From: Chthoniobacteraceae bacterium | GTDB lineage: Bacteria; Verrucomicrobiota; Verrucomicrobiia; Chthoniobacterales; Chthoniobacteraceae | Reading direction: 5' to 3' | NCBI GenBank assembly: GCA_040081625.1 | Contig: JBEBGD010000006.1 | Span: 1 to 64,000 of the forward strand | Length of the DNA: 64,000 nt | Part shown: piece by piece, positions 19,058 through 26,755 of the stretch | How the letters are laid out: every line of letters starts with the position of its first letter | Numbering within the stretch: position 1 is the stretch's first letter | Position numbers and translations under genes: made by a program | The notes under the pieces: model-generated | What the model was told of the DNA's origin: nothing | Databases searched by the model: none | Seen by the model: only the letters and a program-made list of their open reading frames with translations

Positions 19058-19092
19058 AACCCGAAACGCAAAACTTCCAACCCAAAACCCAA
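19058..19092. repeat. Five degenerate heptamers (AACCCAA-like)
   Basis: AACCCGA AACGCAA AACTTCC AACCCAA AACCCAA fills the intergenic gap. Confidence 0.6.
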
Positions 19093-19097
19093 ATAAC

Positions 19098-20399
19098 ATG
19101 AGCACCTACCTCTGCTGCGACGGCATCGCCCGCCGCGACTTCATCCGCATCGGAGCCGTCAGCGGCTTCGGCCTCGGCTTCGGCCTCCCGCAATACCTCG
19201 CCCACGCCGGGACCACTGGCGGCAAGGGCAAGGCGAAGGCGGCAATCTTTGTCCGCCTCGGCGGCGGGCCGTCGCACATGGACACCTTCGACCTCAAGCC
19301 CGACGCGCCTGACACGCATCGTGGCGAGTTCAAGCCCATCGCGACGAACGTCGATGGCATCCAGATCAGCGAGCACCTGCCGAAGCTCGCGGGGTGCGCG
19401 GATAAGTTCGCCATCCTGCGTGGCGTATCGCACACGCTCGCGGCGCACGAACTTGGGTCGCTCTACATGGGCACCGGCAATCGCCCGCTCCCGTCGCTCA
19501 GCTTCCCGAGCCTCGGCGCTGTCGTGCAAAAGGAACTCGGCGCTCCGGCGGAACTCCCCGGCTTCGTCGCCGTGCCGAGCCAGGGTGGCAATCCGACCGG
19601 CTATCTCGGCGTGGAATACGGACCGTTCGAAACCGGCGAGACGCCGAAGCCCGGCCAGCCGATGAAGATCCGCGGCCTCGCGCTCGCGAATGGCGTGACC
19701 CTCAATGACGTCGATCGCCGCCAGAACCTCGTGAAGCGCTACGACACCGCGTTCGGCGACTTCGCGCAGGAAGACAAGATCCTCTCCGGCATGGATGAGT
19801 TCGGCCAGAAAGCATACTCGATGATGCGTTCGCCCGCAGCGCGCGAGGCGTTCGACATCTCGAAGGAAAGCGCCGGGATCACGAGCGTCTTTGGCGCGGA
19901 TGCGTTCTCGCAGAGCTGCCTGCTCGCGACGCGACTCGTCGAGAGCGGCGTGAAGTTCGTGACCGTGAATCTTGGCGGGTGGGACACGCACGACGACAAC
20001 TTCAACAAGCTGAAGACCAAGAACCTGCCGACGCTCGACGCCGGGCTCAGCGGCCTTTTCAACGCCCTCGCGATGAAAGGGCTGCTCGATTCGACCGTCG
20101 TTTATGTCACCGGCGAATTCGGCCGCACGCCGAAGATCAACGTGCGCGGCGGGCGCGATCACTACCCGCGCGCTATGTTCACACTGCTCGCCGGCGGCGG
20201 GATCAAGACCGGCCAGGTCGTCGGCGCGAGCGATGCGAAGGCGGAAGGCCCCGAGAGCCGTGCGCTCACGCCCGACGACATCGCGGCGACGTTCTTCCAC
20301 GCGCTCGGCATCGATCACCGCAAGGAATACAATACGCCCAGCGGTCGTCCGGTGATGATCACCCGCTACGGCACGCCGATCCCCGAGTTGATCGGCTAA
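19098..20399 (+). CDS. DUF1501 domain protein (Tat signal)
   Basis: 'CDGIARRDFIRIG', 'LGGGPSHMDTFDLKP', 'GGWDTH', 'GEFGRTPKIN...GRDHYP'. Confidence 0.93.
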   Translation: MSTYLCCDGIARRDFIRIGAVSGFGLGFGLPQYLAHAGTTGGKGKAKAAIFVRLGGGPSHMDTFDLKPDAPDTHRGEFKPIATNVDGIQISEHLPKLAGCADKFAILRGVSHTLAAHELGSLYMGTGNRPLPSLSFPSLGAVVQKELGAPAELPGFVAVPSQGGNPTGYLGVEYGPFETGETPKPGQPMKIRGLALANGVTLNDVDRRQNLVKRYDTAFGDFAQEDKILSGMDEFGQKAYSMMRSPAAREAFDISKESAGITSVFGADAFSQSCLLATRLVESGVKFVTVNLGGWDTHDDNFNKLKTKNLPTLDAGLSGLFNALAMKGLLDSTVVYVTGEFGRTPKINVRGGRDHYPRAMFTLLAGGGIKTGQVVGASDAKAEGPESRALTPDDIAATFFHALGIDHRKEYNTPSGRPVMITRYGTPIPELIG

Positions 20400-20426
20400 G
20401 CCGGCTGATTCGATCAAGATAACCAA

Positions 20427-20462
20427 GCGGGGCGCGCCAGCGATGGCGCGCCTCGTTGTTTT
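20427..20462 (+). terminator. Rho-independent terminator
   Basis: GCGGGGCGCGCCA-GCGA-TGGCGCGCCTCGT followed by TGTTTT, downstream of DUF1501. Confidence 0.65.
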
Positions 20463-20519
20463 CGGAAGCGCGGAAAAAACTTTGCAACGCGCCGCCCCTC
20501 GCGACCATCGCCCCTCGCC

Positions 20520-21464
20520 GTGAAGAAGCTCATCATCCAAATGCCGTGTTACAACGAAGAGGGCACGCTCGCCATCGCGCTCGGCGCGCTGCCGCGGACC
20601 GTGCCCGGTTTCGACAAGGTCGAGTGGCTGATCATCAATGACGGCTCGGCGGACAGGACGATCGAGGTCGCGAAGGCCAATGGCGTCGATCACGTCGTCG
20701 ATCTCGGCACGCACCAGGGGCTCGCGCGCGGCTTCATGGCCGGGCTCGATGCGTGCCTGCGCCACGGCGCGGACGTGATCGTGAACACTGACGCGGACAA
20801 CCAATACTGCGCGGACGACATCCCGAAGCTCGTCGCACCGATCGTCGCGGGCGAGGCGGAGATCGTCGTGGGCGCGCGGCCGATCACGGAGATCGAGCAC
20901 TTCTCCCCGCTGAAAAAGCTGCTGCAAAAACTCGGCTCGTGGGTGGTGCGCGCGGCGAGTGCGACCGATGTGGCGGACGCGCCGAGCGGCTTCCGGGCGA
21001 TGAGCCGCAAGGCCGCGATCCAGCTCAACGTCTTCAGCCAATACACCTACACGCTCGAGACGATCATCCAGGCGGGGCAGAAGAACATGGCGATCGTGAG
21101 CGTGCCGATCCGCACGAACGGCTACCTTCGCCCGAGCCGGCTGATGAAGTCGATGCGCGCCTACATCCAGCGCTCGATCTTCACGATCCTGCGCATCTTC
21201 ATCGTCTATAAGCCGATGCGGTTTTTCACCATCGTCGGGTCAGTGCCGTTCGCGCTCGGCACGCTCATCGGCTGCCGGTGGGTGTATTATTTCCTGATCG
21301 AGGACAGCACTCGAACGCGCCTGCCGAGCCTGATCCTCGCAGCGATCCTGATCCTCATCGGCGTGCAGCTTTGGATTTTCGGGATCGTCGGCGACGTGAT
21401 TGCGGTGAACCGGAAGTTGCTCGAGGACATCCAGCAGCGGGTGAAGCGGATCGAGTATCGATGA
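20520..21464 (+). CDS. Glycosyltransferase family 2 with C-terminal TM helices
   Basis: 'IQMPCYNEE', 'INDGSADRT', 'VNTDADNQY', 'DAPSGFRAMSR', two C-terminal TM segments. Confidence 0.92.
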   Translation: MKKLIIQMPCYNEEGTLAIALGALPRTVPGFDKVEWLIINDGSADRTIEVAKANGVDHVVDLGTHQGLARGFMAGLDACLRHGADVIVNTDADNQYCADDIPKLVAPIVAGEAEIVVGARPITEIEHFSPLKKLLQKLGSWVVRAASATDVADAPSGFRAMSRKAAIQLNVFSQYTYTLETIIQAGQKNMAIVSVPIRTNGYLRPSRLMKSMRAYIQRSIFTILRIFIVYKPMRFFTIVGSVPFALGTLIGCRWVYYFLIEDSTRTRLPSLILAAILILIGVQLWIFGIVGDVIAVNRKLLEDIQQRVKRIEYR

Positions 21465-21465
21465 G

Positions 21466-21544
21466 TCCACAGATTTCACAGATTGACGCAGATTTCTTTG
21501 CGCGCGCGATTTCTTCATCTGTGGGAATCTGCGCAATCTGTGGA
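21466..21544. repeat. Inverted-repeat element built from ~9-bp units (CACAGATT ... AATCTGTG)
   Basis: TCCACAGATTTCACAGATTGACGCAGATT ... ATCTGTGGGAATCTGCGCAATCTGTGGA. Confidence 0.85.
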
Positions 21545-21551
21545 TAATTCC

Positions 21552-23147
21552 ATGACGTCCCGCGACCTTTTCGCCCGCGAAGCCCTCGCGCTCATCCCGA
21601 AGATCCTCACGCTTCAGGATCGCAACGCGCATTCGCCGACTTACGGCTGCTTCGATCGGAACTTCTGGCACTACAAGATCATCGACTTCCCGAGCGGCAT
21701 GGCCGCGGAGTTCGTGTGGCCGCTCGCGCTCGCGTATGCGCTGCCGATCGAGGGAAATCCGTATTTCGAGAAGCCGGCAATCAAGGAATGGGTCGCAGCG
21801 GGCATCCGCTACATGGCGCGCAGCGCGCATCCGGATGGTTCGTGCGACGACTACTTTCCGTTCGAGAAAGCCGCGGGCGCGGCGGCGTTTTCGCTGCTGG
21901 CAGGGATGGAGAGCTACACGCTGCTCGGGCTGCATGATGAAGAGATGCTCGAGTTTTTCGCCACGCGCGCGGACTGGCTCGCGGATCATCACGAGAGCGG
22001 GCGGCTGACGAATCACCAGGCGCTCATCGTCCTTTGCCTCGACAAGGTGGGGCGGATTTTCGAGAGCGACCGATGGGAGAAGCTGAAAGCCAAACGCATC
22101 AAGCGCGTCCTGGAGTGGCAGGACGACGAGGGCTGGTTCGCGGAATACGAGGGCGCGGACCCCGGCTACCACACGCTCACGTGCGGGCTGCTCGCTCAGT
22201 ATCTCGCGCTGCATCCCGAGCATGACGAGCTGCGCGGGGCGCTCGGGAAGGCGATCAAGTTTGCCGCGCACTTTGTTCACCCGGACGGTTCGTTCGGCGG
22301 CGAATACACGAGCCGGAACACTTATAACTATTTCCCGCACGGCTTCGAGATCGCCGGGCAGTGGTTCCCGGACGCGCCGGGCTTGAACGACCAGTTCGCC
22401 CGCGGCCTCGATCGCGATCTCGGCGCGTGCTACGCGGACGATCACATCCTCGGGCATCACGCGTGGAGCTACCTGCTCGCGTGGCAGCACTGGCATGCGC
22501 AGCGGCCCATACCCGCGCTACCGGCGGAAGGCCGCACGCACTTCAAGCATGCCGGCCTCATCGTGGAGCGTCGTGGCTACGACACGCTCTACCTCGCGCT
22601 GAACAAGGGCGGCGTCTTCAAGCTCTTCCGCAGCGACCGGCTCGTTCACAGCGACACGGGTTTCAGCGTCGTGACTGGTGGGAAGAAAAGCCGCGTCGCC
22701 GTCGCGCACCTGGTCGCGAAATATCAGGTGAAGATCGAGGACGATACCGTCGAGATCAGTGGAAAGCTCGGCTGGGCGAAGACCAAGCAGATGACGACGT
22801 TCAACCTCGTCGTGCTCCGCGCGCTCATGTTCACGGTCGGCCGCTTCTTTCCGAATCTCATCCGCAAGCTGCTCCAGCGCGTGCTCATCACGGGGAAGAA
22901 GGCCGCGCCGTTCGAGTTCACGCGGCGGCTGCGATGGACCGGCGCGCAGCTCGAAGTCGCCGACGAACTCCACGCAAAGAGCTGGGAGCCGGTCGAGCAG
23001 ATCGGCATCGGGCCGGCGCAGACGAGCATTTACGTCGTGATGAGCCGCACGTATCAGCCTGGCCAGCTCGAGCCCTGGCTCGATCTTTCCGACGAAATTC
23101 CGAAGCTTCCGGAAGGGGAATCGTTTAAACTCACCCGTGCATTTTAA
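21552..23147 (+). CDS. Conserved hypothetical protein, alpha/alpha-toroid or heparinase II/III-like, linked to the GT2 gene
   Basis: 531-aa ORF with typical codon usage; 'GCFDRNFWHYK', 'QDDEGWFAEYEGADPGY', 'HPDGSFGGEYTSRNT'. The fold is inferred. Confidence 0.65.
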   Translation: MTSRDLFAREALALIPKILTLQDRNAHSPTYGCFDRNFWHYKIIDFPSGMAAEFVWPLALAYALPIEGNPYFEKPAIKEWVAAGIRYMARSAHPDGSCDDYFPFEKAAGAAAFSLLAGMESYTLLGLHDEEMLEFFATRADWLADHHESGRLTNHQALIVLCLDKVGRIFESDRWEKLKAKRIKRVLEWQDDEGWFAEYEGADPGYHTLTCGLLAQYLALHPEHDELRGALGKAIKFAAHFVHPDGSFGGEYTSRNTYNYFPHGFEIAGQWFPDAPGLNDQFARGLDRDLGACYADDHILGHHAWSYLLAWQHWHAQRPIPALPAEGRTHFKHAGLIVERRGYDTLYLALNKGGVFKLFRSDRLVHSDTGFSVVTGGKKSRVAVAHLVAKYQVKIEDDTVEISGKLGWAKTKQMTTFNLVVLRALMFTVGRFFPNLIRKLLQRVLITGKKAAPFEFTRRLRWTGAQLEVADELHAKSWEPVEQIGIGPAQTSIYVVMSRTYQPGQLEPWLDLSDEIPKLPEGESFKLTRAF

Positions 23148-23153
23148 CCACCG

Positions 23154-23846
23154 ATGAAACTACGACGCGTCATTCAATTCCTCATCCTCGCTGCGGTCGC
23201 CGCATGCATTCTCCTCATGCGCACGGATATGGTCGATCGGCCCATCGCGACCGAGCAGGAATTCGAAGTGCTCGACGGAACGCCGTGGCCCGCCGACGCA
23301 GCGGTGCCCGCACCCGTGCCGACGGAGGCTGCTCCCGCGCCGGGCGCGACGCCCGCGGTGACGGTCTTCACGCCAGCGATTCCCGGTGAACCCGGCGAGC
23401 CGCCGCTCGTGCCGGCGATGGCGCTGCAGACGGGCGTGCTGCCGTGGGAGAAACGGATGAACGACGTGCTCGACAGTCGCGCGACGAGCGACGCGGACAA
23501 AGCGCGCCTGCTGCTCGAGATGCTGCCGACGTTGCCGGTCGAGGGCCGGCAGACCGCCGCCGAATACGCCGTGCAGCGGCTCGACGACGACGCGGACTAT
23601 CGCTTCGCGCAAAACGTCGTGACCAATCCCGCGACGTATCCGCCGGCGCTCGCCGTGCTGTGGGCCGACCTGACGGGGCGCTCGGATGCGGTCCGGTTGC
23701 CGGTGCTGCTGCTGGTCGCGCGCAATCCCTCGCACCCCTACGCGCCCTACGCGCGGGAAAATCTCGACCTGCTGCTCGGGCACGATTTCGGCACCGACTG
23801 GCCGAAATGGGAAGCGGCGATCCGCGAGAAGATCGGCGGCAAGTGA
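23154..23846 (+). CDS. Hypothetical membrane-anchored protein with Pro/Ala linker and helical C-terminus
   Basis: N-terminal TM segment, PA-rich linker, packed in an operon. Confidence 0.7.
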   Translation: MKLRRVIQFLILAAVAACILLMRTDMVDRPIATEQEFEVLDGTPWPADAAVPAPVPTEAAPAPGATPAVTVFTPAIPGEPGEPPLVPAMALQTGVLPWEKRMNDVLDSRATSDADKARLLLEMLPTLPVEGRQTAAEYAVQRLDDDADYRFAQNVVTNPATYPPALAVLWADLTGRSDAVRLPVLLLVARNPSHPYAPYARENLDLLLGHDFGTDWPKWEAAIREKIGGK

Positions 23847-23856
23847 TCGCCGCGCG

Positions 23857-24627
23857 ATGATCCGCCTCCTGAGCACGGACTTCGATGGCACGCTAGTCGA
23901 GCACGGCGCGATCCCGCCCGTGTCCCCGGCGCTGTTTGCGGCGCTCGAAAAGCTGCGCGCTGCCGGAGCGCTGTGGGCGATCAATACCGGGCGCGTGCTC
24001 TGGCACATCGAGGCGGGGATTCGCGAGTTCGACTTCCCATTCCCGCCGGACTACGTGCTGACCTCCGAGCGCGAAGTCTTCCACCGCGACGCGACCGGGC
24101 GGTGGGTGGATTTCGGCGACTGGAACAAACGCTGCGCGCTGGATCACGACTGGCTTTTCTCGCAAGCCAGCCCGCTGCTCGCCGACATCCACGCACGCTT
24201 CGACAAGGTGCCGTGGGCGCACTTCGAGCATGACGGCGAGCGCATGGTCGGCATCGTGACCGAGACGAACGAGCAGATGGACGAGGTGTGCGAATTCATG
24301 GAGCGCGAGCAGGTGCGCGTGCCGGGATTCAACTTCATGCGCAACACGATCTACCTGCGCTTCTGCCACGAGGCCTACAGCAAGGGCACGGCGCTCGGCG
24401 AACTCGCGCGGCTCACGGGCATCGCGCGCGAGGAGGTCTTCGCGGCAGGCGACCACTACAACGACATCCCGATGCTCGACGGGCGCTTCGCGAAATGGAT
24501 CACGTGTCCCGGCAACGCCGTCGATGCGGTCAAGCGGGCCGTGCGCGATGCGGGCGGCTACGTGGCGCAGGGTGCGTGCAGCGAGGGAGTCGTCGAAGCG
24601 CTGCGCGAGTTCGGCGTAAAGTTGTAA
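23857..24627 (+). CDS. HAD-IIB (Cof-like) hydrolase
   Basis: 'LLSTDFDGTLV', 'INTGR', 'SKGTAL', 'AAGDHYNDIPML', 'PGNA'. Confidence 0.9.
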   Translation: MIRLLSTDFDGTLVEHGAIPPVSPALFAALEKLRAAGALWAINTGRVLWHIEAGIREFDFPFPPDYVLTSEREVFHRDATGRWVDFGDWNKRCALDHDWLFSQASPLLADIHARFDKVPWAHFEHDGERMVGIVTETNEQMDEVCEFMEREQVRVPGFNFMRNTIYLRFCHEAYSKGTALGELARLTGIAREEVFAAGDHYNDIPMLDGRFAKWITCPGNAVDAVKRAVRDAGGYVAQGACSEGVVEALREFGVKL

Positions 24628-24678
24628 GTTGAAGATTGAGAAGCGCGGCCGCGTTTGATTCGATCGCTGCAATCCCGA

Positions 24679-25314
24679 ATGAAGCAGCGCCTCATCGAAG
24701 CCGTCGCCCCGAACACCCGCCTGAAGATTCTCAACGAACTCAAGCGCACGCAGGGCTTGCACGCGGGCGAGCTCGCTGAGCGGCTCGGCATGTCCTACAT
24801 GGGCGTGAAGGAAATGTGCGACGAGATGCACAAGTCCGGGCTGCTCGATACGTGGCGCAAGGCGCAGGCGCGCGGCCGGCCCTTCAAGCTCTACCGGCTC
24901 ACGCAGCGCGCCCACGATCTCTTTCCCACGGCGAGCAATGCGCTCACGCGCGACGTGCTCGATGCGGCGCAGAAACTTTTCGGCCCGAGCGCGCCCGAGA
25001 AGCTGCTCCTCGTCGTCTTCCAAAAAGCGACCGCCGGCTACGCGGAACGGCTGCGCGACGGGACGCCTGCCCAGCGCGCGAAGTGGCTCGCCCGGCTGCG
25101 CGATCACGACGGCTGCATGAGCGAGTTTGAAACCGGCGGCGACGGCGCGCTGCGGATAGTCGAGCACCACTCGCCGATCCTCGACGTGCTGCGCGCCTTT
25201 CCGATCGTCGTGAAGCTCGAGGCGGAGATGTTCGGACGGCTGCTCGGCGTGCCGGTGCGGCGCGAAGAGGATGCGGTCAGCGGTCTTTTCCGGGCGATCT
25301 TTCACATCGGCTGA
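24679..25314 (+). CDS. Winged-HTH transcriptional regulator, SufR/COG2345-like
   Basis: 'RLKILNELKRTQGLHAGELAERLGMS', 'RGRPFKLYRLT...HDLFP', 'EHHSPI'. Confidence 0.8.
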   Translation: MKQRLIEAVAPNTRLKILNELKRTQGLHAGELAERLGMSYMGVKEMCDEMHKSGLLDTWRKAQARGRPFKLYRLTQRAHDLFPTASNALTRDVLDAAQKLFGPSAPEKLLLVVFQKATAGYAERLRDGTPAQRAKWLARLRDHDGCMSEFETGGDGALRIVEHHSPILDVLRAFPIVVKLEAEMFGRLLGVPVRREEDAVSGLFRAIFHIG

Positions 25315-25332
25315 CCGGGCTGGAAAAAGCCC

Positions 25333-25360
25333 TTGCCGGGTGGAGGTCGAGTGCTAGCCT
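25333..25360 (+). promoter_or_regulatory. Candidate sigma70 promoter for rpmI-rplT (near-leaderless)
   Basis: TTGCCG-N16-TAGCCT with extended -10 TG; the ATG is 9 nt downstream and there is no SD. Confidence 0.5.
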
Positions 25361-25369
25361 CCGCGCCCC

Positions 25370-25579
25370 ATGCCAAGAGCCATCGCACGCCGCAAGACCA
25401 AAAAAGCCGCCTCCAAGCGGTTCAAAATCACCGCGACGGGCAAGATTCTCCGCCGCAAACCAGGCCTGCGCCACTTGGCTTCGAGCAAGAGTTCGAAGCA
25501 AAAGCGCAAGCTCCGCCGGGTGGCTCAAGTCCACCCGACGATGGTAAAGCGAATCAAGGAATGCATGCCCTTCGCGTAA
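25370..25579 (+). CDS. rpmI: 50S ribosomal protein L35
   Basis: 'KTKKAASKRFKITATGKILRRKPGLRHLASSKSSKQKRKL'. Confidence 0.96.
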   Translation: MPRAIARRKTKKAASKRFKITATGKILRRKPGLRHLASSKSSKQKRKLRRVAQVHPTMVKRIKECMPFA

Positions 25580-25695
25580 ATCGCGAAGACTGATCCACGC
25601 GCCTGTCCGGCTTCAATGCCGGGCTCATCGGAGGGCGAGGCGCCGGATCCACATCAACCCGAAACAGCCCGCCGAACAAAACCAAACCACCGCAT

Positions 25696-26091
25696 ATGCC
25701 ACGCGCAACAAACGCCGTCGCCTCCCGCCGTCGCCGCAAGAAAATCATCAAGGAAGCCAAGGGCTTCCGCGGCCGCCGCTCCAAACTTTTCCGCTACGCC
25801 AAGAACGCGGTGATGAAAGCCCGCGTCTATGCCTACGTGGGCCGCAAGCAGAAGAAGCGCAATTTCCGCGCTCTCTGGCAGCTCCGCATCAATGCGGCCG
25901 CCCGCGCCAACGGCCTCACCTACAGCCGCTTCATGGAAGGCCTCAAGGCCGCCGGCATCGCGCTCGACCGCAAGGTCCTCGCCGACATCGCCGTGACCGA
26001 TGAGGCTGGTTTCAAGGTCATCTTCGACCAGGTGAAGACCGCGCTCGAAGCCAAGCGCGCCGACGCGGCGAAGACCTCCGCCGCCGCGTAA
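25696..26091 (+). CDS. rplT: 50S ribosomal protein L20
   Basis: '[18 protein letters not shown]', '[21 protein letters not shown]', '[11 protein letters not shown]'. Confidence 0.98.
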   Translation: MPRATNAVASRRRRKKIIKEAKGFRGRRSKLFRYAKNAVMKARVYAYVGRKQKKRNFRALWQLRINAAARANGLTYSRFMEGLKAAGIALDRKVLADIAVTDEAGFKVIFDQVKTALEAKRADAAKTSAAA

Positions 26092-26110
26092 CAGCGACGC
26101 AAGCCATTTC

Positions 26111-26153
26111 AAAAGCCCCGGATGCGCCCCGCGTGTCCGGGGCTTTTTTATTT
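26111..26153. terminator. Rho-independent terminator, probably bidirectional
   Basis: AAAAGCCCCGGA...TCCGGGGCTTTTTTATTT between convergent rplT and LOG genes. Confidence 0.85.
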
Positions 26154-26155
26154 GG

Positions 26156-26755
26156 TCATTTGGGCAAGGTGTTTTCCGACGCGAAGCGATCGAGCCATTT
26201 ACCGACCTCCGGCGGGGTGAAGGCGAGGAGACGTGTGAGCAGGCGTGCGGGATCGTTTTCCACCAGCAGCATCGCGCGGTGCTCCGGGCGGATGAAGCGC
26301 TCGGCTTCCATCGTCTCGAGGAAGGCGAGCAGGTGGTCGTAGTAGCCGGCGATGTTCAGCAGGCCGACGGGCTTGGCGTGCAGGCCGAGCTGGAGCCAGG
26401 TGAGCGACTCGAAGAGTTCCTCGAGCGTGCCGATGCCGCCGGGTAGCGCGATGAAGGCGTCGCTCTCGGCGGCCATGCGCGCCTTGCGTTCGTGCATCGT
26501 TTCGACTGCGTGAAGCTGCGTGACGCCGCCGTGGCCGAGTTCCTTTGCGGCGAGCGCGTGCGGGATGACGCCGATGACTTCGCCGCCCGCGGCGAGCGCC
26601 GCGTCGGCGAGCGCGCCCATGAGGCCGACATTGCCGCCGCCATAGACGACGCCGATGCGGCGGGCGGCGAGCAGGGTGCCGAGTTCACGCGCGGCGGCGG
26701 CGAACTCCGGCCGCGCGCCGGGACTCGAGCCCGCATAGACGCAGACGCGTCTCAC
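26156..26755 (-). CDS. LOG family nucleotide phosphoribohydrolase (TIGR00730)
   Basis: GTG start overlaps the upstream TGA; '[10 protein letters not shown]', '[11 protein letters not shown]', 'MHERKARM', '[11 protein letters not shown]'. Confidence 0.93.
   Translation of the reverse strand: MRRVCVYAGSSPGARPEFAAAARELGTLLAARRIGVVYGGGNVGLMGALADAALAAGGEVIGVIPHALAAKELGHGGVTQLHAVETMHERKARMAAESDAFIALPGGIGTLEELFESLTWLQLGLHAKPVGLLNIAGYYDHLLAFLETMEAERFIRPEHRAMLLVENDPARLLTRLLAFTPPEVGKWLDRFASENTLPK

Noticed and set aside
16305..21041. 1578-aa minus-strand ORF and other long antisense ORFs (e.g. 498..2522, 2474..4957, 26773..29376, 52106..54460)
   Set aside because: Shadow ORFs caused by high GC3 opposite well-supported genes; no recognisable motifs.
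24618..24643. AAAGTTG TAAGTTG AAGATTG heptamer-like run at the HAD stop
   Set aside because: Only three degenerate units and no partner arm; too weak to call.
26156..26755. LOG gene as part of the SLOG defence module
   Set aside because: Canonical TIGR00730 sequence coupled to the exbBD-TPR operon, about 20 kb from the candidate system.
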